A stretch of 62,550 nt of DNA, the filler included. It is 7 parts of 7 records of this genome, joined end to end, with 100 filler letters (N's around TTAATTAATTAA, not from the genome) between each part and the next. Parts side by side here need not be neighbours in the genome. Positions count along the whole stretch, not along the records: positions 33,885 to 44,415 come from SRR20825019_2551; positions 44,516 to 49,927 come from SRR20825019_2552; 5 more parts are not named here. One strand, written 5' to 3'. Position numbers and translations under genes: made by a program. How positions within the stretch are numbered: the first letter of the stretch is position 1; each line of letters begins with the position of its first letter. The notes beneath the pieces were generated by a model. It was not told the DNA's origin and made no database searches. It saw only the letters and a program-made list of their open reading frames with translations. Shown here piece by piece: positions 34,030-45,645 of the stretch.

Positions 34030-37000
34030 ATGACCATGAGACGGCCGACTGCTGCCTTGCTCTTGCTTTGCTTGGTGCTGTCGCCGGCCCAGGTGGCCCT
34101 CGGGCTCCGCAGGTCCGCGGGGCCACGCGTCGGACCGGTGCCGCCTCTCGTCCTCCGCGGCCAGGTTGAGACCGAGAGCCCGACCACTAGCCAGCCCTTG
34201 GTGGTGCCGGCTGCCAACGCCACAGAGGTTCCGGTTGGGGAGCCATCTGTCAGCCCTGGGTCTGTTCCCGGGACGGTTCAGCTTGTGCAAGAAGAGAGTG
34301 CCGCCCAGGCCCGTGCGCGGTCAAAGGCGCGCCTGGCCGTAACGTCGTCGTTAATGCTCGCCACTTCCGCAGTTTACGCGACAAACACACTGCTCACATA
34401 CTTCCGCAAACAGAAGGCGGAGGCGGTATACGAGCCAATCCTGGAGATCAAAGATAAGGTGTGACGGTCGGCTCCGGTCGGCCTGGGCCGAGTAGGGTGC
34501 GGTGCAGTAAAACTGACTACGCCGTTGAGTGCAGATATCGCAAGGACAGGTTGCTCAGTGCATTGCTTTCCGGGAGATTCGCTTCCAAGTCATGATGTTC
34601 CAGGTAAGAACAGCTCGGCACCAGCCGGCGGTACAAGGGGCTTCCGTGGTGGGCTGATGGTGGTGCTAACTGCAGTATTCGACAAAAACTTATGAGGCTG
34701 TGTCGCTCCTTCATGTGGTAAGGAGGGAGTGTGTGGGGTCGGGAGGGGCGCGGGCTGATGGCGAGCTGTGCCCAGCGGGACCCGGACACGTCGGACCAGC
34801 TCAAGACGATCGATGACCAGCTGGTGAAGCTGCAGCTGAAGACCAAAGATATCCTCGACAATGCAGTGACGCTGGTGAGTGGCGTGCAAGTGGTGGCGGG
34901 GCCGACTGGCGGGGTGGGGCCGACTGGTGGGGCCGACTCTGATGCCTCGCGCGCTCTCAGGCATGCTTCCCGAACGACGACGAGTCTGCTTATTTCTCCT
35001 CGGTGCACAGCATTGAGCAGACGGTCAAGTCAGACATCGCGCGGTTTCAGGGCGCCATCGAGTCCAACGCGCGCAACTTCATCATCTCCGCATGCACTAT
35101 CGGCATTGGGGAGCTGGCCGTGCCTGACGATATCAAGGAGAACCTATTTGATAATATCCAGAACCTCGCCCAGGGCCTGGAGGAGGTAAGCGTGGGCCGG
35201 GGGAGGGGAGGGGCGTGGCGAGCTGGGCCTGAAGGTCGCGCGTGTTTTGTGCAGGTGTCCCGAGGCGGCTCCCCGAAGGTCCTGGCCGAAAAGTTTGCCG
35301 GCAAGTACATCGTGGGCCTCTTTCTGATCAAGGCGTTTTATGAGGCGAAAGACAAGGACCTTGTGTCGTCCGCGGGTGATCTGCTCCAGGCATCGTCCCT
35401 GGTGCTCGCGGAAATTCTGGAGGCGATGGGCCAGGACACCGGGCCTGCCACCGTCATGATGATTGTCGGCAAGTCCCTAGTCCTTGCCAAAGCGATGAAG
35501 GATCTGTCGAGCACCATCCAGGGCCTCTTGGTGGACAACGTCCGATATGAAAACATGCACTCCAAGGCTCAGATCCACGGGGAGATGTTTGCCCGCGAGC
35601 AGGTGAGGTGTCCGCCTCGCCGCAGTGCGCGATCGCCTTACTGATTCGCCCGTTTTGGTTCTGCAGACCTTCAAGATGTGCGCTCTCACGAATGAGGTCG
35701 TACAGCTGACCGACAGCCAGAACAACCTCTTCCGCATCCACCAGAAGCTGCTCGGGCTGAGCGATGGCGGGGACTTGGACATGTCCGCGGAGGTGGAGGA
35801 GCAGAAGGCGGCTGCCGAGGAGATGAAGGCGCGCCTTGAGGAGATGTGCATGAACGGCGACACCCAGCTGTGCTATTCGTCGCTCAACCGCCCCCAGGTG
35901 ATCCACCTCCTCGAAAGCATCCTTAGTAGGGCCGACGGTGGAGGCGACCTCTTGCCAACCATTGAGAAAGAGGCCCTCACTGGACCCATCACCGACTTTG
36001 CCGTTAGGTGAGTTCAACCCCCTTTCCCCGCGCGGGAATCAGTTATCCGACCGGGGCTGATCGGAGTCACAGCACTACGGAGGAGCAGTCTGTGTCGCTG
36101 CGATCCATGGGGTTCAGTCTCCTGAACAGCGAGCCTGTCGAGGGCGGGAAGCTGCTGTGGTATTGCCGGGCGTGTGACAAGGTCGGCTCGGCGAAAACGG
36201 CGTCTGGGGCCCGGGCCTGTGCTGACGTGGCTGTGTTTGCGCAGGAGGGAATCACGAAGGCATTCATGTACAAGTTCAACCCTTACTACCCGGACTCCAA
36301 CGGAGACAAAGTCGAGGATATCGAGAGCGCGCACGTGCTCCGGGTATCTGACAATGCCTTCCTGGTGTACTGGATGGAGGCTCGGTTTCCGACGTACGTG
36401 TATTAATTGACATCAGCCACGTCGATCAATCCCGTGATTTTGAGGTGCCGTGCTGACTGTTGCGTTTCCAGGACCAAGAGGACCAGATTTCTCTACGAGG
36501 CCGCCCTGGATCAGTCGCAATCCGGTAGGCATCGGAGAGGGCACTGGCTTGTGTGTTCCTGACGTTCTGCCTCAGCCGAGGAGGTCGCGGATGCCCTGCA
36601 GGAGCGCTACGTCAGTAGCGGGATGGAGCTGCAGTACAACAATGATGAGCGGAGCATGGGGTTCTGGAAAGGAGTGCTGATGGTGATTACCTTCACCCTG
36701 GTCGAACCCACGATCTATGTAGCCGAAACCTACTTTTTCGCCAACTATCTGACCCAGCCATCCTCGAGCTCGTAAGTTTTCGTGTCATCTTGGTGGGTTG
36801 GGACTGGGCCGTGGACTGACTAGGATGCAGCACCCATCTCTCAGAAATGGAAGGCAACGCGAGGAGGCCTTTCCCCGTCGTTGGGTTCCGTGTGGTGGGT
36901 GGAATATGCGGCAGTCCGAGCGAGCTGTCGAGGGCAGGTTGGACCCTGGAGTACAGCAACGCCAACACCCCTGGCCTCATTGACAGTGACACTGGCGAGG

Positions 37001-38664
37001 AGGACCCGGCTCGGCGCCGCGAAGTATGGGTCCGGCGGGCATCCTCTGAGACGCCGTCTTCCGACGACCGGGAGCTCGACCGGATCCTTCCCAACCTCAC
37101 CGGCGATACGTGCATTGGCGAGAACGACCCGGCGGGGAAACAGATGAAGGCGGGCAACGCGGATTTGTTCGCTAAGATCAACGAAGACAAGTAGGGAACC
37201 CGTGCGGGTGATAAGGTCCGGTGGGGGGGGGGCATTCATTGACACCGCGCGTAGGATTGCCGACATTGGGTTCTGTTCGATGAACTCTGACAAGTGCAAG
37301 TCCTTTCATGTCAGCGCCGGGGGCTGGCAGTATTTTGGCCGTTACGTTCACATGAGCCTCTCCCTGGATGTATATGTGAAGTATACGATTGAGGAGTCGG
37401 CCGAGGAGGCCCTGGCCTCGCCGTCGATAAGCACTCTCGTCTCCGAAACCGCCGATCGCTTCACGTAAGTACAACCGCGACATCCCGCTCCTCTCTCCTG
37501 TGCCTGACATAGCCCGCAGGCAGTGGAAGTGTTACGCCCTGAATCCACTGATCAAGAGCGGAACCTGCAAATTTAAGGGGGTTGCCGACTCTGGAGGCCC
37601 CGAGGTCTACACTAGCCGCAGCAAGAACATCAATGGTAACTGGTATGCCTTCTGGCACGACGGAATGGGAACCCGGAAGTGAGTTGGGGGGCGCGTCCCG
37701 GACACCGTGGCACTTGTACTTATCTAGCCTTACCATCAGCTGTGAGCATGGCAATTACTATAACAACAAATGGGATGACCTGATGGGCGTGAGCCGTGCG
37801 GCCGGGGAGGCTCTGTACCAGCTGTACTACAACAAGGGTTGGACGTACCTCCACGGCTCCAAGCTTGACGACAGCGACGCCGAGTTCCCCAAGTGGGTGG
37901 CGGAGCGCTTGAAGGCGACGAAGAAGGCATTTGCGCAGCCACTTACCCTGGCAGATCTGCCATTTGGCAAGGACAAGGACGCGGACCTCAAAAAGTACAA
38001 GGAGTTGTACGAGCTGGACTGCCGCACCCGCGTGACCTATCCGGTGCGATGGATGGGAGGTGAGTGGTTCAGGGCTGTTTCGTACGCGCTGGTCTGACTT
38101 TAGTTCCCCGAGATGGTAATGGTGACTGCCTGTATGGCCGCACGGTATCGGTCAACAGCGATGGCGTGATCTCGGAGAAGTGTGATGCGCACGGCACTGA
38201 GCTCCACGTTGGACCGGTGGGTGGATGACCTAGGTGTGTTTTGGGAGGAGAATCGAGGGTTGACCCGGTGGTGGACAGGTGTATATCGTGGAGGTGGTGA
38301 TGAACTCGGAGGACCGGCTCAGCTACGACGTGAACGTGAGTGCAGTGGGAGCGTTTGTGCGCGGGCTAGCTAACCCTGTAACCTCTGTGTAGCGGCCTGA
38401 AAAACACGACATCACTAACGCAGCCCGGAACGGCTGGTACCCGCTTCCCCGCGAGCACAGGAGCGAGGAGGTGGCCAGCGGGGTGTACGGCACCTTTTAC
38501 GGAACTATTCGGATTTGGGCGCATATCGAGGGTAGGTTTGGGCGGCCGGGTGGCATGGGCCCGGGTTAGTTGGGCCTGATGGGTTGCTTTGTATAGATGT
38601 CCTAGAGCCGTCCCCTGAAACTGACGCATTCGCGGGCTGGTACCGGGAGAATTGCGAGATCTAA
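34030..38664 (+). CDS. Large secreted multi-exon protein (~19 exons, roughly 1150 aa) with helical hydrophobic N-half and MABP-like repeats
   Basis: Signal peptide; GT-AG introns with CTRAY branch points (e.g. 34459-34534, 34604-34675, 34718-34775) join in frame; ends WYRENCEI* followed by AATAAA at 38672. Confidence 0.75.
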
Positions 38665-38812
38665 AGTGAGGAATAAATGATTTTCGTAAAATCAAGGATT
38701 GTTGGGTGGCGGCTGCGGGCTTGGGCCGCCGATACCTCATGACATAGAAAGCTCGCTAGTAATCCACTTTATTCAGAGGGGCATAGCGTGATTCATCTTG
38801 GCCATATAGGGT

Positions 38813-40665
38813 TCAGTCGATGGGTTCGTTCGCGTGATTCGGCCTGCCCCTGCCACCAGCCGGGTGATGGTCCTCAAACTCACCATCGCCATCATCACCG
38901 TCACTTGACGACTCGTCGTCGCTTTCACCATTTCCCGGTAGGGGCGCCTCCCCATCAACAAGGGGATTGTGGAAAGGTTCCGTGGCACCAAACGTCCTCG
39001 CAGCATACATTGCTTGGAGGCCCGCCGTTGAGGCCCGACGATTTTGCCTTAGGTGCGAAAGGAGCATAGGCGAATCGTTCAAAGAAAGCGGTGACCCTGA
39101 GCGCAGACCACTCTGCTCCGCGACGGATTGGACATCGTCAACATCTGTCGGTCCTTTCCGGCGATCATCCACACAGGAACTCCCGTCCGCGCGCTTAACT
39201 TTGGCGACAGGCACGTGGTGTCGGCACGGGTACCCCTTCTCCCAATATTCTTCACAAGAATCCAACTGGCCTAAGTAATCTTCACAGTTGGTGATCGTGA
39301 AGCCTAGCTGGGGCTCCCAGAGGACCTATCGCAAACCATGAGCGAACATGTTCCTAAAGACCCTCACAGCCGCATTCACCTCATCTTCCTCTTCGTTCAA
39401 GGATATCCGGGAAATGTCAAACGCCCCAGATCCAACACTGATCTCCCACCAGGTCTTAATACCAGTCTCGGAGGTGGAAAATTTGAAGTCGTGCCTTTTT
39501 GTAGTCGACAAGAATGATGGCCACTGCGAACAACTTCAGTGAGAATTACTCGGAACGCATCATGGTGCTATCAGCCCTACGTGAAAGGTGCCTCCGTGTT
39601 GCAAGCACGCGGTCTTCATAATGTTCTTCTCGTTCATCCCATTGGCAGAACGGAAAACAACCCCGGAATCCGAACACGTCCATCTTTTCGCGTTATCTGC
39701 AGCCATCATCCCGGAGCCAATAAGAATTGCGTTGGACATCACGTCCGATATCATGCCCTGTAAGCGGAGTCAGGAGCACAGAAAACCGACACCAGCCGCA
39801 GCCTCACAACTGAGCCGCCGACTGTGGCGATGACTTCAGTAATGGCAGCAGCGCCAGCATCCCTATCCAAGTCAACAGCGTTAGATTCTCCGCTATCGCC
39901 TCCCCGTAACTCGCCCTTCTTGGTATCGCATAGCCACGACATTGACCTGAAAAAAACAAATCTCCATTAACCCGAATTTTTGCGCCACGCTGCCTTCAAG
40001 TCACACGTACTCGATCATTTCGTATCTTTCCACAAACTCGACCGTCCACAGTGTCGGCAGCCTTGATAGCCATGCGTTGATCTCCCGATAGCCAGCTGCA
40101 GAATAAGACTTGACAGCCTCTTTAACCTGGAGCCGATGTCAGATGTAACTCCCCGCCGTCGCTCGGCGTGCTTACAACGCGCTGGCGGACCTCTTCCGGC
40201 GTGAGACTGTCTTCGTATTCATCCCTCTTTCTTTCTTTGACTATTGAAACCGGAACGTTGTCCGCCAAAAAGTTCACGTTCCGAACGAATTCTCTGCGCA
40301 GGCACGGGTGATTTCAGCATCTCTGTAAAAGATTGTGACAGACGCTCTCACCTCGCGTCAAACCGCACTTCATCGCCCTGTTTGCGTTTAAGTGTGCACT
40401 CAAACTCCGGCTCGATCGTCCGGAAGGCCTCGCGGCCAACAGGGGCCATAGTCTTCTCGATACCTGATAATTCCTCCAAAAAAGAACACGTTAGCCTCTT
40501 AACAGCACGAAGCGCGTTGTGAACCTCGGCTCTGTTGACTAGTGTGCACTCGACACGTTTATCCCACTTGGCTTCAAGAAACTCTGAAGCAGTTGGCGTC
40601 CCTAGTCCACGTTGAACGGACAACGCCAGCATGACCAAGATGGCCCAGCCCAGAGAAAGACGCAT
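38813..40665 (-). CDS. Secreted R-S-E type mono-ADP-ribosyltransferase (7 exons, 506 aa)
   Basis: Exons 40665-40352, 40293-40176, 40126-40011, 39946-39808, 39757-39581, 39523-39380, 39325-38813 join in frame. Motifs YSAAGYREINAWL, VFR, WPSFLSTT, FDISRIS...EDEVLWEP; signal peptide; AATAAA at 38768-38773. Confidence 0.85.
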
Positions 40666-41397
40666 CTCCCCGCTTACCAGCACTGCACAAGGATGGGAAA
40701 GCGGATGCCTTCTATGTATAGATTGGGTAGCCGAAACCACTTGATTAGCCGGCGCCGGGCGCCGGGCCGGGCCGGGCCACCGCCGGGCGGCTCCGCCGGG
40801 CGGCTGCTTCCCGGCACCGCGGCCGCCCTGCCAGGGCCCGGGCGGCCGTCCGTCGGTGAGCGCGAGCCGACGACCAGGGGACGGGCGGCGGGCCGCGCCG
40901 GCGCCCGAGCCCACGGCCCGGGCCCGGCCCCGGGCGTGTGGGCCGCCGGACTGCCGCCCGATACCCCTCCCGCCGGCGGGGGGCGTAGGCGCGCACACCC
41001 GCGAGTGCCAACCGCTACCTTGATCCGTTCACGGTGCCGGGTTCAACGCGGAGTTCCGGTTCCCGGCACGGTCCGGCACCTCAGCCGCCCGGACGGTTCA
41101 GCGCCGGCCACTGACTCATCAGAGGCGGGCCGGGGCCCCTGGTGACGGCCGCGGCCGGCCGGCCCCGGCGCCGCCTGACCGGACCCCGGGGCCCGCCCGG
41201 CCAGTGTTGGACCGGCCCAGGGCCTTCAAGGCAAGGTACGGGCCGGGCCGGCCCGGGGCCCGCCGGCCTGGCCCCGGGCCGGGGCCGCCCGGCGGCCCGG
41301 CCGGCTCTGTGGGTGCCCCGAGGCTGCCCCGCCCTGTGAGGTACGAATATCAGTTAGTGGAGAGCAAGTTTTGAACAGTCGAGATAGTCGGCCCCGC

Positions 41398-41928
41398 ATG
41401 ACTAGACACAACGTGCTGAACGCCACGTTCGAGTTCAAAGGCCGGCCCGGGAGCCTGGACCTGAGCCGCAGCGACGACCCCGGCCGTGACCTGGTGGAGT
41501 GGTTGGATGCCGAAGGGATTTTCGGGTCAACCGAGGTGGACCTTCTTGTCGTAAGCCTGTCTACGGGAGAATGGGACCTTACTCTCCATAAGTTCTGCGG
41601 GCTAAGGCAGGAGGACAAGGATCGGGCGGCCCTCACGGGGCCCACCCTCGATACAGATCTGGAGCGAAGCGCGCAGATTTACTTGTGTCCGAATGCAGAT
41701 AGCGATACGGCATTGACGGACGAGTGGCCGGGCTACCTTGCGTTGAGACCGGCGGGGTTGGACGATGCACGGGAGTTCGTGCCCGAAATGGTGTTCGTAT
41801 ATACTTATCAGGGTACCGATACGCCCTCCAAGTATCTGGTGCCGCTGGGGGTGGCGTTCCGGGCCCTGAGGGAGTTTGCGGAAGGGTCCCTGCGGCCGAC
41901 ATGCCTTGATTATGAGAAAGTCGAGTGA
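41398..41928 (+). CDS. Imm1-like immunity protein (intronless)
   Basis: C-terminus LVPLGVAFRALREFAEGSLRPTCLDYEKV matches the Imm1 pattern vp...a..al.eF..tG.rP.cv.W; acidic; no signal peptide. Confidence 0.65.
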   Translation: MTRHNVLNATFEFKGRPGSLDLSRSDDPGRDLVEWLDAEGIFGSTEVDLLVVSLSTGEWDLTLHKFCGLRQEDKDRAALTGPTLDTDLERSAQIYLCPNADSDTALTDEWPGYLALRPAGLDDAREFVPEMVFVYTYQGTDTPSKYLVPLGVAFRALREFAEGSLRPTCLDYEKVE

Positions 41929-42952
41929 TGCAGTATTGTGCCGCATGCCGCCTAGCCGTGCAGGGGAGGGATGGAGCTAGCCGTGTTCAAGCGAGTGTCT
42001 GTGAAATATTATTTGGATCACACGGCGCGTTCACTGTATGGGCGCGCCAAGGCCCTGGCGTCACGGATGCCCGCCTCACCGACTTGTAGACACTTTCCGG
42101 GACTGAATGAATACACAAACATCCACACTCGCGGTACACACCATCAGCATGAGACTCAACTTGGACGACTGCCGGCGCGCCGGCACCCCCCCGCGGCCAC
42201 CCGGCGGGCAGCGCCGCGGCCGCGGCCGGCGCGGCCGGCGGGAGCCCGGCGGCGCCCGGCGCCGGGGGGGCCGCGGCCGCGCCACACTGCGGACCGACCC
42301 GCACTGATCACCAGCGCGTCCCCGCTTGGGATACCATTTATTATATTAAGGTATTTCGTTACTAAGAGTGAGTAATAGAAGCGTAATTACGCTACAATTA
42401 CGCTACAACATGGCAACGCGTCTACTTATTTTGAGTAATCACAGTACAGCCCCGAACGGCTAAGAACAACCTGACAGCAACCCGTCGGTGGTCGTTGCGG
42501 GTCGGGTCCTGGCCGGTCGACCAGCCCGGCTACCGGCACCACCTCAGGGCAGCTCACTGAGGGGACGCCGCCATCCGTCGGACCGGCATGCCTCAGCGGC
42601 AGCCGGAGATCCTGAGGTGACGATGAGTCATCAATAATCGCCGCCACCCACCCATCACCCCTCATCAGTGACCGGCGGCCATGGCGAACCAATACATTCT
42701 GTGTTTGTCCGCTCCTCCAACACTCGTTGACCGCAGCCGCACTCCATCTGAGTTCGGTGAGGGCCAAGGGCCCAGTCCGGCGCATACCCGTGGCGGGCGC
42801 GCCAGTCCGCGCTGCCTGACGGTCGGCGCAGAGCCCCAGGCCGCCGGCCTGCCGAGTTTAGCCTAATCGTGGCCCAGTTATATAATGTTGAAGCTCTGCC
42901 CAGGAGCCCGGCTTTACAACCCGGGCCTAGAGATAACTAAACCCTTCACAGC

Positions 42953-44351
42953 ATGGGAGAAGGCTCTCTTTGCAGGCTATCCATCGCCGTCCTTGCCTTG
43001 TGCATCGTCCTTCCGCACCTTGCTCGCGGCGACTCTGAAGTTGCGCGGCAGAGCGGTGCGCCGGATTATGACTCGTCCAACGTCGACGGTCTCGTATTCT
43101 TCAGGCGCTATCGTGACTCCGCTTGTTCAGAGCTGATGGGTGACGCCGTGTTTCAAACGCTCGCGTCGACGAGCAGCAGTTACGTTAACACGGGTTACGC
43201 GGCCAGTGCCGTCAGCAACCTGGGAAAGGTGGACCATCTCACGTTCTCTAGGAGCGGTTCACACAGTACCACTGTGGTAGGTGGAGAGTGTTGCAGTGCC
43301 GAGTTCCGTATTCTTGCCTAGTGACACAACCGCATTTTCTTGCGTTATATTTCGTAGACAAGGCACAATGGCTGCACCGGGTCATCCAGTTATTTCAACC
43401 CAAGTGACTGCACATCCACAACCACGGTGACGTTCGATACATACTTGAGCTCGGTGTCAGATTGTGCTGCTGTGACGATGCCCTGGGGCACCACTGAGTA
43501 CCTGGAGCTGTAAGTGTCAGCCAGTCGCTCCCGCCACCCGCTGCTACCTGAAAGAGGCACTAACTGCGACCTCTCTCCATCGTCCCACAGGTATGATAGC
43601 ACTTCAGATGTGTGGCAGGCGCCGTATGGTTGGATATCAGTCTGGGGCATGACCGGGGCCTCTCAAGGTGGGTGGAGCGCGGCCCTGCTGGAATGAACGA
43701 CGGTGTGCTGAACGACTGAATGTGGCTGATCTTCTCTCTCGCGCAGTCGTTCTTCGCCCATTTAGCACAGACTGTGACTCCACTCCTGTGATCACCGTCT
43801 TTGAAGTGGACACCTGTTATTACATATCGACGCAAGGTAGGTGGACCCCCAGTGGCGCCAGTTCAAGGCACTGTCATTAACGGACGGTTTGAAGAGCTCT
43901 CCGGGTACAACTCGGCCATGTACAGCTTCGACTCCTCCGAAGACGCCCGGTCGGTGACGTACTACACTGGCACTGACTGCACCGGATCGACAAAGACGGC
44001 GACCATTCCGGTGAGTGCCTTGTCCAGCCCCTGCAGTGTTGGGCCTGTTGGTCGGAAATCTGATATCCTTCTGTTCAGTACGGGACCTGCGGTAAGCTGG
44101 ACTCCTCGTCCTCTCGATACGTCACAGCTCGGGGCAAGTTCAATGAGTGGTGGGCGGCGGCCATTGTGGCCGGCTTGATATTGTTGGTGCTCACACCCAT
44201 CGCGGTGGTGCCGTGCTCGTGGCCTCTTCACATATTCTTTGGCTACTTGACCATAGCTGGGATTGTGTTCTACGCTAAATACGGTAGCTATCCCTTCGAC
44301 AGTACCAGCAACTTCGATACCACGACGACAGACACCTGGACGGGTAGTTAA
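42953..44351 (+). CDS. Multi-exon Cys/Ser/Thr-rich cell-surface protein with C-terminal TM helices
   Basis: Signal peptide LSIAVLALCIVLPHLARG; several GT-AG introns; YYTGTDCTGS motif; hydrophobic C-terminus; TATATAA at 42879. Confidence 0.65.
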
Positions 44352-44388
44352 GCAAAATAAACCACAGCACCAGGCTCAGTCAGGCCCC

Positions 44389-44415
44389 GGTTGGTTGGTT
44401 GGTTGGTTGGTTGGT
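44389..44415. repeat. (GGTT)n microsatellite at contig end
   Basis: Perfect tetranucleotide repeat. Confidence 0.9.
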
Positions 44416-44515
44416 NNNNNNNNNNNNNNNNNNNNNNNNNNNNNNNNNNNNNNNNNNNNTTAATTAATTAANNNNNNNNNNNNNNNNNNNNNNNNNNNNN
44501 NNNNNNNNNNNNNNN
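44416..44515. other. Artificial contig spacer
   Basis: N44-TTAATTAATTAA-N44. Confidence 0.99.
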
Positions 44516-44580
44516 TAATCAGAACATAAGGAACCTATCCACATAAAATATAAATATGGAACAAATAACGCATTAGGCGT

Positions 44581-45552
44581 TTACTGTGGTGGTGGTCCCT
44601 GCTGAGGGGACGTGGTCACGATAGCAGTCGAAGGCTGCTGTGGAGCAGGTACAGGAGGAGCAGGTAGCTGCTGCTGTTGGGGTGGATAGTTTGCCCAATT
44701 TGGTGGTGGTGTGGTTGGTTGTGCTTGTCCTCCTGGTTGTGACCAGGACTGGGGCTGTTGCCAGTTGTTTCCAGGAAGTGCGTATTGGGGGGCTGGCTGT
44801 TGGAAGGGTGGAAGTGGGTTGGGTGGGAGGGGTGTGGGGGTTAGCTTGGGGCCTTGATCGTACACTGGTAGTTTTGCGTTGAAGAGAGACTTCTTGATAA
44901 TGGCAGTGGCACCGTGGACATATAAACCTGTAGTCTGGGCCAACACCAAGCACGACCTATCAATAGTTTGCCTACCATGGCTATATAGGGACGATACGGC
45001 TGCCTTGTTGGTCTCGGTAGACCTCCAATGCTCTACCCTCCAACTTTCCAAGATGGCCTCATTACGGGGTATGCGGCTGGTATCCTTGGGGGGCTTGCTA
45101 CGTAGCTCCATTACCTTGGTTTTGAAGAAGTCGTACTCCAAATGTTTGTTGTGACGATCCTCCTCGATATCCCTGAGTTTAGGGATTTCCTTGAGGAACA
45201 TTGTGAGGGGGTCCTGGGCATCCTCCTTCAGCTTCTTCCTAAACTCCTTCCCCTTCGCCTCAATCTCCTTTCCAGCCGCCTGGAGGTCCCTGCTCAGATC
45301 CTCAGCCTCGGGAGCCTTGTCCGGGGCATCTCTGTAGTCCGATGCCACTTCCGCGAGCAGCCTCCCGAGCTCCTCGTACAGAGTGCCGATTCTGTCCAAC
45401 TTCATCCCCATGACAGTGCTGATACGCTCATATTGTAGAATCTTGGCCCGAGTGTCGTCGATGGCCTTATCCTCTTCGGACTTCCCTCCTTCAGAAATGG
45501 TGCTGCGGACGGTTTGGGTGGCACGCCGCGCAATGCTCTTAATGGCATCCAT
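44581..45552 (-). CDS. BAR-domain protein with Pro/Gln-rich tail
   Basis: N-terminal amphipathic MDAIKSIARRATQ, long helices, LEYDFFKTKV..L..KPPKD. Confidence 0.72.
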   Translation of the reverse strand: MDAIKSIARRATQTVRSTISEGGKSEEDKAIDDTRAKILQYERISTVMGMKLDRIGTLYEELGRLLAEVASDYRDAPDKAPEAEDLSRDLQAAGKEIEAKGKEFRKKLKEDAQDPLTMFLKEIPKLRDIEEDRHNKHLEYDFFKTKVMELRSKPPKDTSRIPRNEAILESWRVEHWRSTETNKAAVSSLYSHGRQTIDRSCLVLAQTTGLYVHGATAIIKKSLFNAKLPVYDQGPKLTPTPLPPNPLPPFQQPAPQYALPGNNWQQPQSWSQPGGQAQPTTPPPNWANYPPQQQQLPAPPVPAPQQPSTAIVTTSPQQGPPPQ

Positions 45553-45645
45553 GGTGCTGTGGAGGTGGAAAAGTAAAATTTGAACCACCAAACACACACA
45601 TCCTCCAAAATAAAAAATTAATAAAGAAGAATTAATGTACACGCG

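Noticed and set aside
34898-34938. GGGGCCGACT repeated three times
   Set aside because: Short slippage repeat inside an intron
39200-39290. C-x-C...C-R-H pattern suggesting a SWIM finger or MULE transposon
   Set aside because: It is the last exon of the spliced secreted ART; no transposase or terminal repeats
40348-41339. Pro/Arg/Gly-rich ORFs over GC tracts
   Set aside because: Stop-poor non-coding DNA; only the segment from 40665 downward is coding
44389-44415. (GGTT)n as a telomere
   Set aside because: Not a typical telomeric unit; a microsatellite that broke the assembly is simpler
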